64,000 nucleotides of DNA from Botryllus schlosseri. Its lineage: Eukaryota. A program made the position numbers and the translations under genes. The stretch spans positions 31,746,001 to 31,810,000 of the forward strand of contig CM119372.1 of assembly GCA_051294905.1 (NCBI GenBank), read 5' to 3'. The notes beneath the pieces were generated by a model that searched no databases, was not told where the DNA came from, and was given only the letters and a program-made list of their open reading frames with translations. Below, piece after piece: positions 35,283 through 48,240 of this stretch; the stretch's first letter is position 1, and every line of letters starts with the position of its first letter.

Positions 35283-38200
35283 TCCCATACACAAAATAGT
35301 AAAATACAAAAAAAAAACCTTGTCAAGTCAATCCGTTTGTAACTTACCCAACCAAAGCATAAAGTATCCTTATGAAAAGTAGACAAGACTACGTGAGTAA
35401 TCACCACAATCCAAAATCCATAGCAAGTTCGGTTGTATTCATAGTCCACCAACTCGTATTTTTATTCCACTGTAAAAGTCGTTACTATTCCGCAAGACAA
35501 AGAAATTACTATGTGGTATATTTTGTAAGACAAAAGTAATTACTTCTCAGTGTCGGCGACTTGAGATTAACATAATATGTTTGAGTATACGAGATTTGAC
35601 AGTCTGACCATCGTAGTTGAGAATTCATTTCTTACAATCGAACACAGGTGTTATATCAAAAATTATCATGATGTAAACATAAGGATTGACACATTGATTT
35701 GACATATGAGATTTTGTAATAGTTGATCAATACTTTATTATTAAATTATTTGCGTTAATTAGACCCGACGTTGTGGTAAATGTTATGACAGCAACAAACT
35801 TTTCAGTACCAATGTTATTAACATATTAAGCTGTAAAACTATGTATGTCTGAAATGTTCTTGATAGGAAAATTACTCCACCTTGGTAAAAATCACTATGC
35901 GTATCGCGGATATCAGAAAATATTTCCAGTAACCAAGACTAAAGATGAAACGACAATTTCGTTTGCTGATTAACAACCGGTACAATACTTTATCATCATA
36001 ATCCGCGGTGAGAATTGAAACAATTTCGCGCATTACCCGGTGTCAAGATATCACACTAGGTGAATTGACATACCACCGCTTGAATAATACCTAATCCGTT
36101 CGCACCATTTCACATACTTTGATCATTACAAAAGTAAATTGTTATATGTTTGTTAGATGCATCCAATTCAGTTAGAAATGTCTGGTGCACAACAATCGTA
36201 ATATCAAGAAAGTACTTGCTACACTGTTATTTGCTAAACGTGTTTTGCATTGTTGTTCATTTGTAGTATTGATTGAAATTGTTCTTGAACCCTCAAATAA
36301 TAATTCCTGACATGAAACCAAGCCGCTGAAAGTCGTTACCATCACGAAGATACAATGTGTACGATGTTTGTCAAATGTGTCCTACCTGGCCAACAGAAAA
36401 CAATTTTCACTCACTCGAAATGAAACCAATGTGACGGTCTCCATTCGATATTTTGTTTGTGTCAAATACTTTGCAATGAACACATTTGCGTGGTTGAGCT
36501 TTACATCATCAAGCTGTTATTTGTAAATCAAGATTTCGGTAAACTTGTAAATGTATCGTTTAACTAACCGACATTTAGTGATTGGGGAACATACCAGACG
36601 ATACACATCCATCTCCGAAATACTGCATTGATCTTAATTTCCATCATCGTGATAATCGAAGTACATTTCTTTCGAATCCGTAACAACCGACTATGACATG
36701 ATAAATTTTTTTGACAAGTTATGCTTAGAAGATTGGTTGCATATCGCGAAAAAAATAATATACCACTCATATTGATACTGTTACTCCATTGATCGATATT
36801 TTCAAACGAGTAAAATTTATTACTTGAGTTTCCCCGCTTAATGTAAATGAAAACTCAACCGTCTTTTAACATCACAAAGACATTGATAAAAAGTAGGCAA
36901 TCAAACACAACACTTTGTACGACACTAATTATTGTTCCACACATCTCATTTCATACTAAGTGTATACGAAAGATATTCATGACACATGAAAATATTCCCA
37001 TGCTACAAACCTGTACAATGATTGGTGGTGCTTTCAAACTGTTTCGATATCACAAGAACTTTATTGTCGGAATGGGTGTTCATGTATCTTAATAATCAAA
37101 TAGTTCAACACAGAACTAGTACGAACAGAAACATCAGAGTTGTTTACACAAAAGTTTGTATGCGTGCAGTATGCGAATACCATGTGTAAGTCGAGCACAA
37201 TTGCGGTATCCATCCGAGTTTAGTAACACAAATTTATTACAACGAGCCACGTAAACTTTCGTGAAAGAAAAGCATACTCACTTCCAGAGGGTTATGTCAA
37301 CGCCATAGCAGTACCCCAACAAGAAAGTACATATGTTTTCTAGTCACGGTCCTTACATCTTTCACATAGATCAATCTACTTTGCTAACGAAAAGTGCTGA
37401 GTCATCACATGATTGCCCTCACAACAAAACAGCTAGAAGATATTATCATACAAAAATATTACTAACCCTTTGCGCACCAGTGACAAATCATACAACAAAC
37501 ATTTTTTGTGAGTCGAATTGTTGTTCAGTGTCAAGTCTACCTGTTGAAACGTACATTAAAACAACACAGTCACAATTCAATTAAAACCACGGATCTATTT
37601 TCATTTCGTCACATACAGAAAAATAAATTTTCTTTCCCCAACACATACTTGTAACCAATCGCTTTCATTAAACACACAACTCCATAAAAGTATTTACTTT
37701 CTACAACACAGACATTCCGATGTAGTCAAGAAATATTTTTATTAATCAAAATCATCGATTTCTGTTCACGGCGTTAGTGTGTGCATTTCATACCTGTGGG
37801 TCCCGTATTAAAATGGACACGACACGACTGAATGAAAGGGGGGTAGAAGTCTATCACATCGATTTACATGTGGTCTTCGCTACGGTTTCAAAAAACGAAT
37901 CATCTATTTTGCATTGGTCGAGACCGAGCGAACCAGTTACATGTATTCGCGGTAATGATTTTGCTTGTCATATGCGAATGATAGGGTTACTGTCAAATCT
38001 ACATACAACAACCTTCTGGCACTCATAATAGCAATTTCATTTTCCGCCGCTTCGTAACTGTATACCCCCAACTCGGCTTTTTTGTTCATCGACAGCTGCG
38101 TTTAACAAGACCAACGACACTGAACCCACGACGTTTACCTATGTAAAGTTACCACTTTCACTTGGCAGTCCGTCGTTTACCTGGCTAAACATATCATTTT

Positions 38201-38610
38201 CACTTGGAAATCTATTTTTTCCCAGAGTAAGAAACCTTTTTCACTTGGAAATTTATTTTTTCCCTGGGTAACAAACCTTTTTCACTTGGAAATCTATTTT
38301 TCCCTGGGTAACAAACCTTTTTCACTTGGAAATATATTTTTCCCCGGGTAACAAACCTTTTTCGCTTGGAAATCTATTTTTCCCTGGGTTACAAACCTTT
38401 TTCACTTGGAAATATATTTTTCCCCGGGTAACAAACCTTTTTCCCTGAGCAACAAACCATTTTCACTTGGTGGTCCGTCGTTTACCCGAGTAAAAATATC
38501 ATTTTCCTTTGGGGATCTGGCGTTTACCCAGTGTAACAATACATCAATACATTTTCTCTTGGTCATCTAGCTTTTCCTAGAGTAACAAAACCATTTTCAT
38601 TTTGAAATCT
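35283..38610 (+). repeat. Inner part of the left palindrome arm
   Basis: Reverse complement of 38815-39460 plus 45569-48240. ORF 36847..37092(+) and ORF 46415..46639(-) are near-identical. Confidence 0.95.
38198..38470 (+). repeat. ~41-bp tandem array (about 6 good copies plus degenerate flanking units)
   Basis: Unit TTTCACTTGGAAATCTATTTTTCCCTGGGTAACAAACCTT. Confidence 0.95.
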
Positions 38611-38817
38611 GACAAACACACCTGACAATTTGATATTTTTGTATATTGTTACAACGGATAGCGACAAAATATACACCAACAACAACTCCAATACATTTGT
38701 GTAATCGCATATTCACTTGTGCTGATGCAACCCATCAAAATCATCGGTTACCCACATGCAATGTGTTGTTGTACATCGACGTTTATGTTTTTGGAAAATT
38801 GGACAATAGGCTTCGAT

Positions 38818-39140
38818 ATTTCCAAGTGAAAAAGGTTTGTTACCCAGGGAAAAAATAGATTTCCAAGTGAAAAAGGTTTCTTACTCTGGGAAAAAATATA
38901 TTTCCAAGTGAAAAAGGTTTGTTACCCAGGGAAAAAATAGATTTCCAAGTGAAAAAGGTTTCTTACTCTGAGAAAAAATATATTTCCAAGTGAAAAAGGT
39001 TTGTTACCCAGAGAAAAAGTATATTTCCAAGTGAAAAAGGTGTGTTATCCAGGGAAAAAATAGATTTCCAAGTAAAAAGGGGTTTGTTATCCAGGGCAAA
39101 AATAGATTTCCAAGTGAAAAGGGGTTTGTTACATTGGGTA
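38818..39140 (-). repeat. Inverted ~41-bp tandem array (about 8 copies)
   Basis: TCCAAGTGAAAAA recurs every 41 bp from 38821; reverse complement of the left array. Confidence 0.95.
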
Positions 39141-39836
39141 AACGATAAATCTCCAGAGGACAATGGTATTTTAGTGAGGTAACGGTGGACCACCAAGTGA
39201 AAATGATAATTTTACACAGGTAAACGTCAGTTGTCCAAACCAGAATGATATTTTACTTGGGTAGGTATCTTGTGTTCAACGCTGGTTGTGTGATTGGTCT
39301 TGTTAAATGTAGTTACCGAGTTGTACAATTATGAAGGGGTGGAAAATGAAATTGCTATTATGATCGTCAGAAGATTGTTGTATGTAGATTTGACAGTAAC
39401 CCTATCATTCGCATATGACAAACACAATCATGGTCATTAACTAACTTGCTCGGTCTAGATCAGTGGTTCCCAACCTGTGGTACGCGTACCACTAGTGGTA
39501 CGCGAAGGTCTTCCAGGTGGTACGCGAATAGATTCTGTTTTTAGTTCAGGCGGGGTTGAGTCGAAGTTTTTTTGAAGTCGTCGTCGTGGTCAGTTACACC
39601 GAAAAAACGAACCCCACTCGTTGCGCCCATGCACGACTTTCGATGCGATGTGAGCAAACGTATGCCACGCATCGACCAGCTCGTGCAGTGGTTCCCAACC
39701 TTTCTCATCTCGTGAACCCCTTGGCCAAAATGCAAGTCAAGATTTTCCCCTAGTAAAAATCAGCCTAATGAATAGGAAAGGCCGTTTTTTCCCCGCGAAC
39801 ACACCTGTTGATTGAAGAATGAGACGGGTGCTACAG

Positions 39837-42129
39837 TAGGGTTACCATATTTCTGTGATACAAATTCCGGGCACCCATTAGCGCCCACCAGCGGATTTAA
39901 AAATGAGTTATGACGTCACACTAGCAAAGCTTTGCTGATAGACCTGGGGGGGCATTACAAAACAATGCGGTAAATCAGAATCTCCGCCAGCGGTAACGAG
40001 CTCTCTCGAATGCGATTACCGCATAATGTAAAAATTGGTATTTCAAAACATTTTGCGGCCAGCTCACGCAAGAGCGCTTTGAACTCACGTAAACTCTCGT
40101 AATTCCAGACGCAACGCAACGTTTCGCAATGAACGCGCTAATTTGTGATTTCTTCGCCTAGTCGGCAATCTCAGTAAAAGATGACATCAAATGAGGACTT
40201 ATAATGCTGTGTGGTCACTGGTCAGCAACCATTTGTAATTTAGCTGCGATAATCTTTCACAAACAGGGAAATAGAAGTACCCTAATTATTTGTGGGATTT
40301 GATCCGAAGATAACAAAATTACAGGCGTACGGTACATTATAGTTTGTCTGCTTCAGGCCGTTGTGTCAAGTATCACGCGTACCGTACATTGAGTTTTAAT
40401 TTCGTGTGAGGATAAAGCTGGAGCAATACATGTATAACATTCTGGAAACATGGCCCTGATCGTAGTTCGCAACGACTTTACAAGCCTACCGAATCGGACT
40501 GAATGTAACCATTCGGCAGAGAATTACTTACTGACAAGTCGACCACATGATATGCTGGCCAAAGTTAAAAAGTGGATATCCAATAAATCTATTTTGACAA
40601 TAGATTCCTAACCTACCGAGGTTGGTAATCTATAATTGAACATTATAAAAGCACGCTTCCGACATAAAACTCAATTCCACGTTGTATTCATACGCGCCTT
40701 AAACGGCGTGAGGTAGCTTACTCAGTCTCCGCACGTAGTGGTCCGTATGTGAATTCAATTGATAAGCGCTATATATCGCCACTGCTTTATTTGGCTCGAT
40801 TTTACCAACAGTTAGGCTTACGAAATACGACCCAATTAGGTAACTTACAGGACATGCCCTTTTAGATCGATTATTGCCTCACTTCTTTACTATATTGAAG
40901 TAGAATATTAAGATTTTGCAGTTGAAAATGCTGCAATTTCCAGTGAGGATTCAACTCCGCCAGCTTGAAGCTAGGCGGTAAGTTAACGCGCGAAATCTAC
41001 GCTAATTTCAGTTTTGTAATACCGAACTTCGCGGATAGTGACGTTCGTGACGCAGATCGTTCACGTTTTCTCTCGATTTCTACGTTTTGCGGTAAGCCAA
41101 TGTCATCGGTAAAAATGCTCTCGAAGATATCGATATTGAGGGTTTTGTAATCGCGATTGTCCGTTTCTCTCGAATTGTGACGGTAAATGTTGATTCCGAA
41201 GTGCGGTAGTTGTTTTGTGATGCCGCCCCAGAGCTGGTCACGATCCGGTTCAGGAGTATGTGGCTGTGTGTTGTGTAACCGGATCTGGTTTTTATATGCA
41301 TCATGTCGTTAAATTTTTTGAATGAATTCTGTCAATAATATTGGTTGTTCGCTTGTTCCATATATTACTATAGATAGTTACTATACTCTCCGCCCACATC
41401 AGTTAGCGGCAGAGCTGGTGGAGGATGATGATGAAAATACAGGGAGCATAATTGTACATCGTCAAGTCCGATAAGATCGTTTATCAGTCTTATACCGGTG
41501 CGCACCACGGAGCTTTATAAAAAAACCCACATCCAGTGGTTTCCAACCTTTTATGGTCGCAACTCCATCTCCAATTTGAAAATGTTGCGTGGCCCAGATC
41601 AAAGTTTGACGAGCTGATTACTAAAAGAAGTCAGCACCTTTGCCCGGACTTACTCACGGGCTATATTGGAAGTTGATTATGTTTAACATATTCGCGAACC
41701 CCAGAATAAAGGCAAACGACCCCCACGTTTGGAACCACCATCTTTGAATAAAGCATTTAAACGGCATTAACGATCTCTAGGAATATGCCGTTTTCCTATA
41801 ATTGCGACTACAATTAGGCTTATTCCAGTAAATGAAGGTTGTTTTTATTTATATTTTATTGCAGTTTTTGCGAGGGTGTGGTAGTCTTCATACTAAAATC
41901 AACAAATGTAATGGTAAATCGCGCGCAGCGCGAAGAAAAATATCATGCATCTGCATAAATATTCCCATAAATAATGTTTTTATGTTGATTTACGAAAAAT
42001 TATGAGCCCACGTCGTCAAATCTTCAAAATTCCAGACATTTGGCTTATTTTAGAAATTCCTCCCGGACGCTAGTTTGAACAGTGAAATTCCGGACATGTC
42101 CGGGAAATTCCGGACGTATGGCAACCCTA
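39837..42129. mobile_element. Nested hAT element (TAGGG type)
   Basis: TIR TAGGGTTACCATA / TATGGCAACCCTA; TSD TGCTACAG at 39829-39836 and 42130-42137. Confidence 0.9.
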
Positions 42130-43409
42130 TGCTACAGAGTATTTGTGTCAAGGAGGGCCGCGACAATACTCCCAATTAACACAATTGTGGAAGGCTTCGC
42201 TAACAAGACACACTAACACAAACACACGCGATTACACACCCTTTCCGTAGCGAACTACGTCCGGTAGCACGCAACACATAGATCTGGCCGCGTTACGTAA
42301 CGGTTAACGCAAGACTTATTCATTTATGTTTTGCAGGCCACCAGGCACCAATCGCTATCCAATCACTGTGAAAATCAGCATGCCTAAATTTACTAGTGGC
42401 GTGAATGTTTTTTTTTAAATTTATGTATGAATTTGGTCAATAATATTGAAACTTCCGTAATCCATATGTAGCATAAACGAAAGCAGATTTCCTGCAGGAT
42501 CTGATGGAATGGTATCTTCGGAAATTTCGGACCCTAATGTGCCGCCCAGTTAAGACTATTAATGAAGTTTCGGATGGGTTCACATTACATTGTTGAGGCA
42601 TGTTGTTATTTCATGAACTCCGGTAAAGATTGTCGCTAGGCTGCTCGAAAGATTCCCAATTCGTAGTTCTTGACTATGGGTGATGTGACCTTCTCGTCGG
42701 GTCGCATTTGTAGCGCTGGGCTCAGATTTCAAGGGAGAGAGAGAGAGAGAGAGTCTTTATTTTCATCCAACCAAAATACATAACAAACGGCAGTGATGGT
42801 GGTACAGAAAATATGCATGCACAGTATTCGGTATGAGATAGGAATAAGCGATAAGACCGTGGAGGTCATCTAGTTTGATCACACCAGCATGAAACAGGTA
42901 CACTTGACTCTGAACAGTCTGGCTGTAAAAATGTTTAGTTAAAAAAGGAAAATAGAATAAAAATTAAACGATGGTAGCAAATGATCAATGAAGCAATGTC
43001 TGGGCGAGGTAGGGCAACAGTGTTAGTAGTATAACGACAGGAGGTGATCAAGTAGGTCTTTTTTGAATCTATTATAAGTAGGGCGATTTTTTTTTTGACA
43101 TGTCAAAAAAAGTCAAAATTAAGTCAAAATTGTAGCGTTAGGTCAAAATTTGTCAAAATTGTTTACAAAGTCAAACATTTTTTGACCTCTGAATTTCGTT
43201 TGTATCGTAGATTTTGCGCTGTCGGTGAACTTATCACTTGATATTTTACAGCTTGTAGCCTACTTTATCGGCCTAATGTTGTAAACGACCCATCGTCTGC
43301 TCATTGTGAATCATAAACGATCAAATGAAACAAATAGTGACATGGTTTTATGGTCAACGTACCGCAATATCCTAACTGAAGCAAAACTGCTTGGACATTG
43401 CATGATTCT

Positions 43410-43607
43410 TATATCAAGAAGCGCAAGCTGAAAAATTGTGATATAGACAACATTGTCAGAATGAAGCAACACGGTGTGTCACCAGCAGTGTGCACACAAC
43501 TTCAGTGTTGTCAGCCAACAACCGCTGCTGTTTAACGTTCTTTCTCCATTCTTGGCAAGCTACTTAGTAAGGACAAACACTTTCTACCCGAAAATGTAGG
43601 AAAGTAA
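43410..43607 (+). pseudogene. hAT transposase C-terminal dimerisation-domain remnant
   Basis: QPTTAAV*RSFSILGKLLSKDKHFLPEN matches the PxTSxxxERSFS motif with the Glu mutated to a stop. Confidence 0.7.
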
Positions 43608-43755
43608 GCTATCTTTCGTTCGTTGTACTGCAACAAATTTTAATTATTTCCACCAGAATACGTAATGGAACTACTGGAATTCTTCATAGGGCCAGATTTC
43701 GTTAAAATACTAGTTTTTTCGTGGGCTTCTTGGAGGTACAGAACTTCAATATACA

Positions 43756-44138
43756 ATTGAATAGTATATTCATATTGAAATAAACCCGAATATTTTCGGC
43801 TGACACTCGTCAGGGGTAATCGTCAGCAACTAGTAGAGAATTGGAAAGAACATGGTATCTGAACAATCGTATCACAAAATATGACGTCACCAGCATGAAA
43901 GAGAAAGCGTTCAATGTACTATTTTTAGGTGGTACACGAACTCCTTTTGTTGACAGAGTTTTGGTTGGTGTATTTTGATAAAAGTCGACTCCAAGTCACA
44001 CAAATGACGTCATATTTTGTGATACGATTGATGATATACCATGTTCTTTCCAATTCTCTACTAGTTGCTGACGATTACCCCTGACGAGTGTCAGCCGAAA
44101 ATATTCCGGTTCATTTCAATATGAATATACTATTCAAT
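43756..44138. mobile_element. Penelope-like inverted pseudo-LTR pair with two hammerhead motifs
   Basis: Inverted ends ATTGAATAGTATATTCATATTGAAAT; minus strand encodes HLCDLESTFIKIHQPKLCQQKEFVYHLKI; hammerhead cores at 43784-43817 (-) and 44077-44110 (+). Confidence 0.75.
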
Positions 44139-45568
44139 AGTTTTTTTCATGTAAAAATTTGCTAGTTTTTGTGCCCAAAACGTTTTTTCGGGCCAATCTA
44201 CTTTGTAAGGACAGACAGTTCCAACCAGAAATGAAGATAAGTAGTACAATTTTGACATTATGTGCGAAAACACCTAATTTGCATACGTAAGGTCAAAATT
44301 TGGTCAAATTTCAGTTTTTTTTAGGTCAAAAAAAGTCAAAATTTAGATTTTTTAGGTCAAAATCTTCCGTTTTTTAGGTCAAAAAAATCGCCCTAATTAT
44401 AAGGCAATTCACGGATATGTGGTTGTAATGCATTCCATATGATAGGTCCCGAGTAGTCCCAAGGGCAGGAATATTCGGAGCCGCGCAGTCATATCAATAT
44501 CGACAGTTTCGGTAAATATGTGTCGGTCATTTTGGATTCTAAGTGTTATCACCGTCGATCTTTCTCGAAGCACACTTTTCGGATTCGCAGATTTCGCGAA
44601 ACGTGTATATGTCGAGATGTGTCCTAGAGCGTGGATATGTATGTACCTGATGGTCCCGCACTAGTCTACTGCACAACTCTAGGCTGCTGCATCCATACGG
44701 CCTCAAGCGAGGCTAATAAAATACCGTCCTTTCATAATTGCGAATACAGATTTACTCAATTCAGTAAAAGTAACTCAAGCGTATTTAATGCGTTATTTAA
44801 TTCATTTTCAGTTTTCCAGTGACACTAAATCGCGCGAAGCGCACAATGAAAAATTTCTGGTTAAATGAATTTGCCCCAAAATAGTCTATTCATTGCCCAA
44901 TAAACAAAATTACTGAAGAATTGGAGGCATGGCCCCTTCTGCCCTCCGGCTAACAAATATAGCACAATAAATTATAGTTCGTCACTTTCCGTTTTGGAAA
45001 CATTGCGCCAGATTTAGCTCGGGTAGATGTTCACTAAAAAAAAGCAAGTTCACTTGCGATCTCTTTGACTTGAATCGATGACGTTGGACTGTGTTGTCAC
45101 ATGAAATTTCAAATAGCATTCGAACATACTTCCAGCAGGGGAAACCAGCCAAAAGGAACATATACGCTCAGAAATAACTAGTTGACTATTTAACAGTTCG
45201 AAAATGAAGCATTTGGTAAATCCGTTACAATTCTAAAGCAAAATTCCCCCTGAAAATTACAAAATTCTCCCAAAGGGGAGAATTTTCCCCGGTTGGAAAC
45301 CAGCGAGCTAGTGGAGAATGAACAAATTGACTTCTGTTGTTTGTTGTTTTTTCATTTCTTCTTGTGTCTGGCGGTGAAAAACAATTCCATGCATCCCATC
45401 AACCCTGGTTGATAATGCCTAGTTTAATAGAATTTGTTATTACCCCTCGCATAGGTCAAATACGTGACTATGACGTCATAAATGGTAGTTGTAGGTGGTA
45501 TGCGAGCACTGCATAAATACTCGAAATGGTACGTGGGTGGAAAAAGGTTGGGAAACACTGGTCTAGAT

Positions 45569-48240
45569 CAATGCAAAAGAGATGATTCGTTTTTTGAAAC
45601 CGTAGCGAAGACCACATGTAATTCTATGCGATAGACTTCTATCTCCTTACAGTCAGTCGTGTCGTGTCCATTTTAATACGGGCCCACATGTATGACATGC
45701 ACACACTAACACCGTAAACAGAAGTCGATGATTTTGACTATTAAAAATATTTCTTGACTACAGCGGAATGTCTATGTTGTAGAAAGTAAATACTATTATG
45801 GTGTTGTGTGTTTAATGAAAGCGATTGGTTACAAGTATGTTTTGGGAAATTAAATTTATTTTTCTGTATGTGACAGTTTGCGAGGAAATGAAAATAGATT
45901 CGTGGTTTCAATTTAATTGTGACTGTGTTGTTTTAATGTACGTTTCAACAGGTAGACTTGACACTGAACAACAATTCGACCCACAAAACATATTCGTTGT
46001 ATGATTTGTTACTGGTGTGTAAAGGGTTAGGAATATTTTGAATGATAATATCTACTAGCTGTTTTGTTGTGAGAGCGATCATGTGATGACTCAGCACTTT
46101 TCGTTAGCAAAGTAGATTGATCTATGTGAAAGATGTAAGGACCGTGACTAGAAAACATATGTACTTTGTTGTTGGGGAACTGCTATGGCATTGACATAAC
46201 CCTCTGGAAGTGAGTATGCTTTTCTTTCACGAAAGTTTACGTGGTTCCGTTGTAATAAATTTGTGTTAACTAAACTCGGATGGATACCGCAATTGTGCTG
46301 GACTTACACATGGTATTCGCATACTGTGCACATATACAAACTTTTGTGTAAACAACTCTGATGTTTCTGTTAGTACTAGTTCTGTGTTGATTATTAAGAT
46401 GCATGAACACCCGTTCAGACAATAAAGTTCTTGTGATATCGAAACAGTTTGAAAGCACCACCAATCATTGTACAGGTTTGTAGCATGGGAATATTTTCAT
46501 GTGTCGTGAATATCTTTCGTATACACTTAGTATGAAATGAGATGTGTGGAACAATAATTAGTGTCGTACAAAGTGTTGTGTTTGATTGCCTACTTTTTAT
46601 CAATGTCTTTGTGATGTTAAAAGACGGCTGAGTTTTCATTTACATTAAGCGGAGAAACTCAAGTAATAAATTTTACTCGTTTGAAAATATCGATCAATGG
46701 AGTAACAGTATCAATATGAGAGGTATATTATTTTTTTCGCGATATGCAACCAATCTTCTAAGCATAACTTGTCAAAAATTTATCGTGTCGTAGAAACACC
46801 GGTTGTTACGAATTCGAAAGAAATGTACTTCGATTATCACGATGATGGAAATTAAGATCAATGCAGTATTTCGGAGATGGATGTGTATCGTTTGGTATGT
46901 TCCCCAATCACTAAATGTCGGTTAGTTAAACGATACATTTACAAGTTTACTGAAATCTTGATTTACAAATAACAGCTTGATGATGTAAAGCTCAACCACG
47001 CAAATGTGTTCATTGCAAAGTATTTGACACAAACAAAATATCGAATGGAGGCAATCACATTGGTTTCATTTCGAGTGATTGAAAATTGTTTTCTGTTGGT
47101 CAGGTAGGACACATTTGACAAACATCGTACACATTGTTTCTTCGTGATGGTAACGACTTTCAGCGGTTTGGTTTCATGTCGGGAATTATTATTTGAGGGC
47201 TCGAGAATGATTTCAATCAATACTAGAAATGAACAACAATGCAAAATACGTTTAGCAAATAACAGTGTGGCAAGTACTTTTTCGATATTACGAGTGTTGG
47301 GCACTAGACACTTTTAGTTGAATTGGATGCATCTAACAAACATATCACGATTTACTTTTGCAATAATCAAAGTATGTGAAATGGTGCGAACGGATTAGGT
47401 ATTAATCAAGCGGCGGTATGTCAATTCACCTAGTGTGATATCTTGACACCGGATAATGTGTGAAAGTGTTTCAATTCTCACTGCTGATTACGATGATGAA
47501 GTATTGCACCGGTTATTGTTTAACAAACGAAATTGTCGTTTCATCTTTAGTCTTGGTTACTGGAAATATTTTCTGATATCCGCGATACGCAGAGTGATTT
47601 TTACCAAGGTGGACTAATTTTCCTATCAAGAACATTTCTGACATACATAGTTTTACAGCTTAATATGTTAATAACATTGGTACTGAAAAGTTTGTTGCTG
47701 TCATAACATTTACCACAACGCCGGGTCTAATTAACGCAAATAATTTAATAATAAAGTAATGATCAACTATTACAAATCTCATATGTCAAATCAATGTGTC
47801 AATCTTATGTTCACAGCATGATAACTTTGAATATAACACCATTGTTCGATTGTAAGAAATGAATCTCAACTACGTTGGTCGGACTTTCAAATCTCGTATA
47901 CTCAAACATACTATGTTAATCTCAAGTCGCCGACACTGAGAAGTAATTACTTTTGTCTTACAAAATATACCGAGTAGTAATTAGTTTGTCTTGCAGAATA
48001 TACCGCGTAGTAATTCCTCTATCTTACAGAATAGTAACGACTTTTCAAGCTGAATAAAAAAAGATGTGTAGGGATATGAATACAACCAAGCTTGTTATGG
48101 ATTTTAGGTTTTAGTGATTGTATGGATTCGTGTATGTTTGGCTGTTTTTCATACTGATACTGTTTGAGTTGGTTGGGTAAGTTACAAACGGATTTACTTG
48201 ACAATGTTTTCGTGGTTGACTCTTTGAGTATGGTAAGATG
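45569..48240 (-). repeat. Main part of the right palindrome arm
   Basis: Reverse complement of about 35275-37916, visibly high identity with scattered substitutions and indels. Confidence 0.95.

Larger units (their letters stand above)
43079..44395 (+). mobile_element. Nested hAT deletion derivative with GTCAAAA subterminal repeats
   Basis: TIR TAGGGCGATTTT / AAAATCGCCCTA; TSD ATTATAAG at 43071-43078 and 44396-44403. Confidence 0.9.
39686..45305. mobile_element. Nested hAT element
   Basis: CAGTGGTTCCCAACC / GGTTGGAAACCAGCG; TSD AGCTCGTG vs AGCTAGTG (1 mismatch). Confidence 0.7.
39461..45560. mobile_element. hAT element (outermost of a nest) inserted in the right palindrome arm
   Basis: TIR CAGTGGTTCCCAACC / GGTTGGGAAACACTG; TSD GTCTAGAT at 39453-39460 and 45561-45568. 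The homologous empty site is at about 37917-37924. Confidence 0.9.

Noticed and set aside
36847..37092. ORF duplicated at 46415-46639 as a conserved gene
   Set aside because: Identity follows from the DNA palindrome; short, with no motifs.
38198..39140. CRISPR-like appearance of the 41-bp arrays
   Set aside because: Units are contiguous with no unique spacers, no cas genes are present, and the context is eukaryotic.
40880..41300. Open minus-strand frame (…ESIFTDDIGLPQNVEIERK…) faintly like LINE ORF1
   Set aside because: No start codon and too few diagnostic residues to call.
35283..48240. Large inverted repeat as an assembly or chimeric-read artefact
   Set aside because: The arms differ by many substitutions and indels, and each carries a different TSD-bounded insertion.
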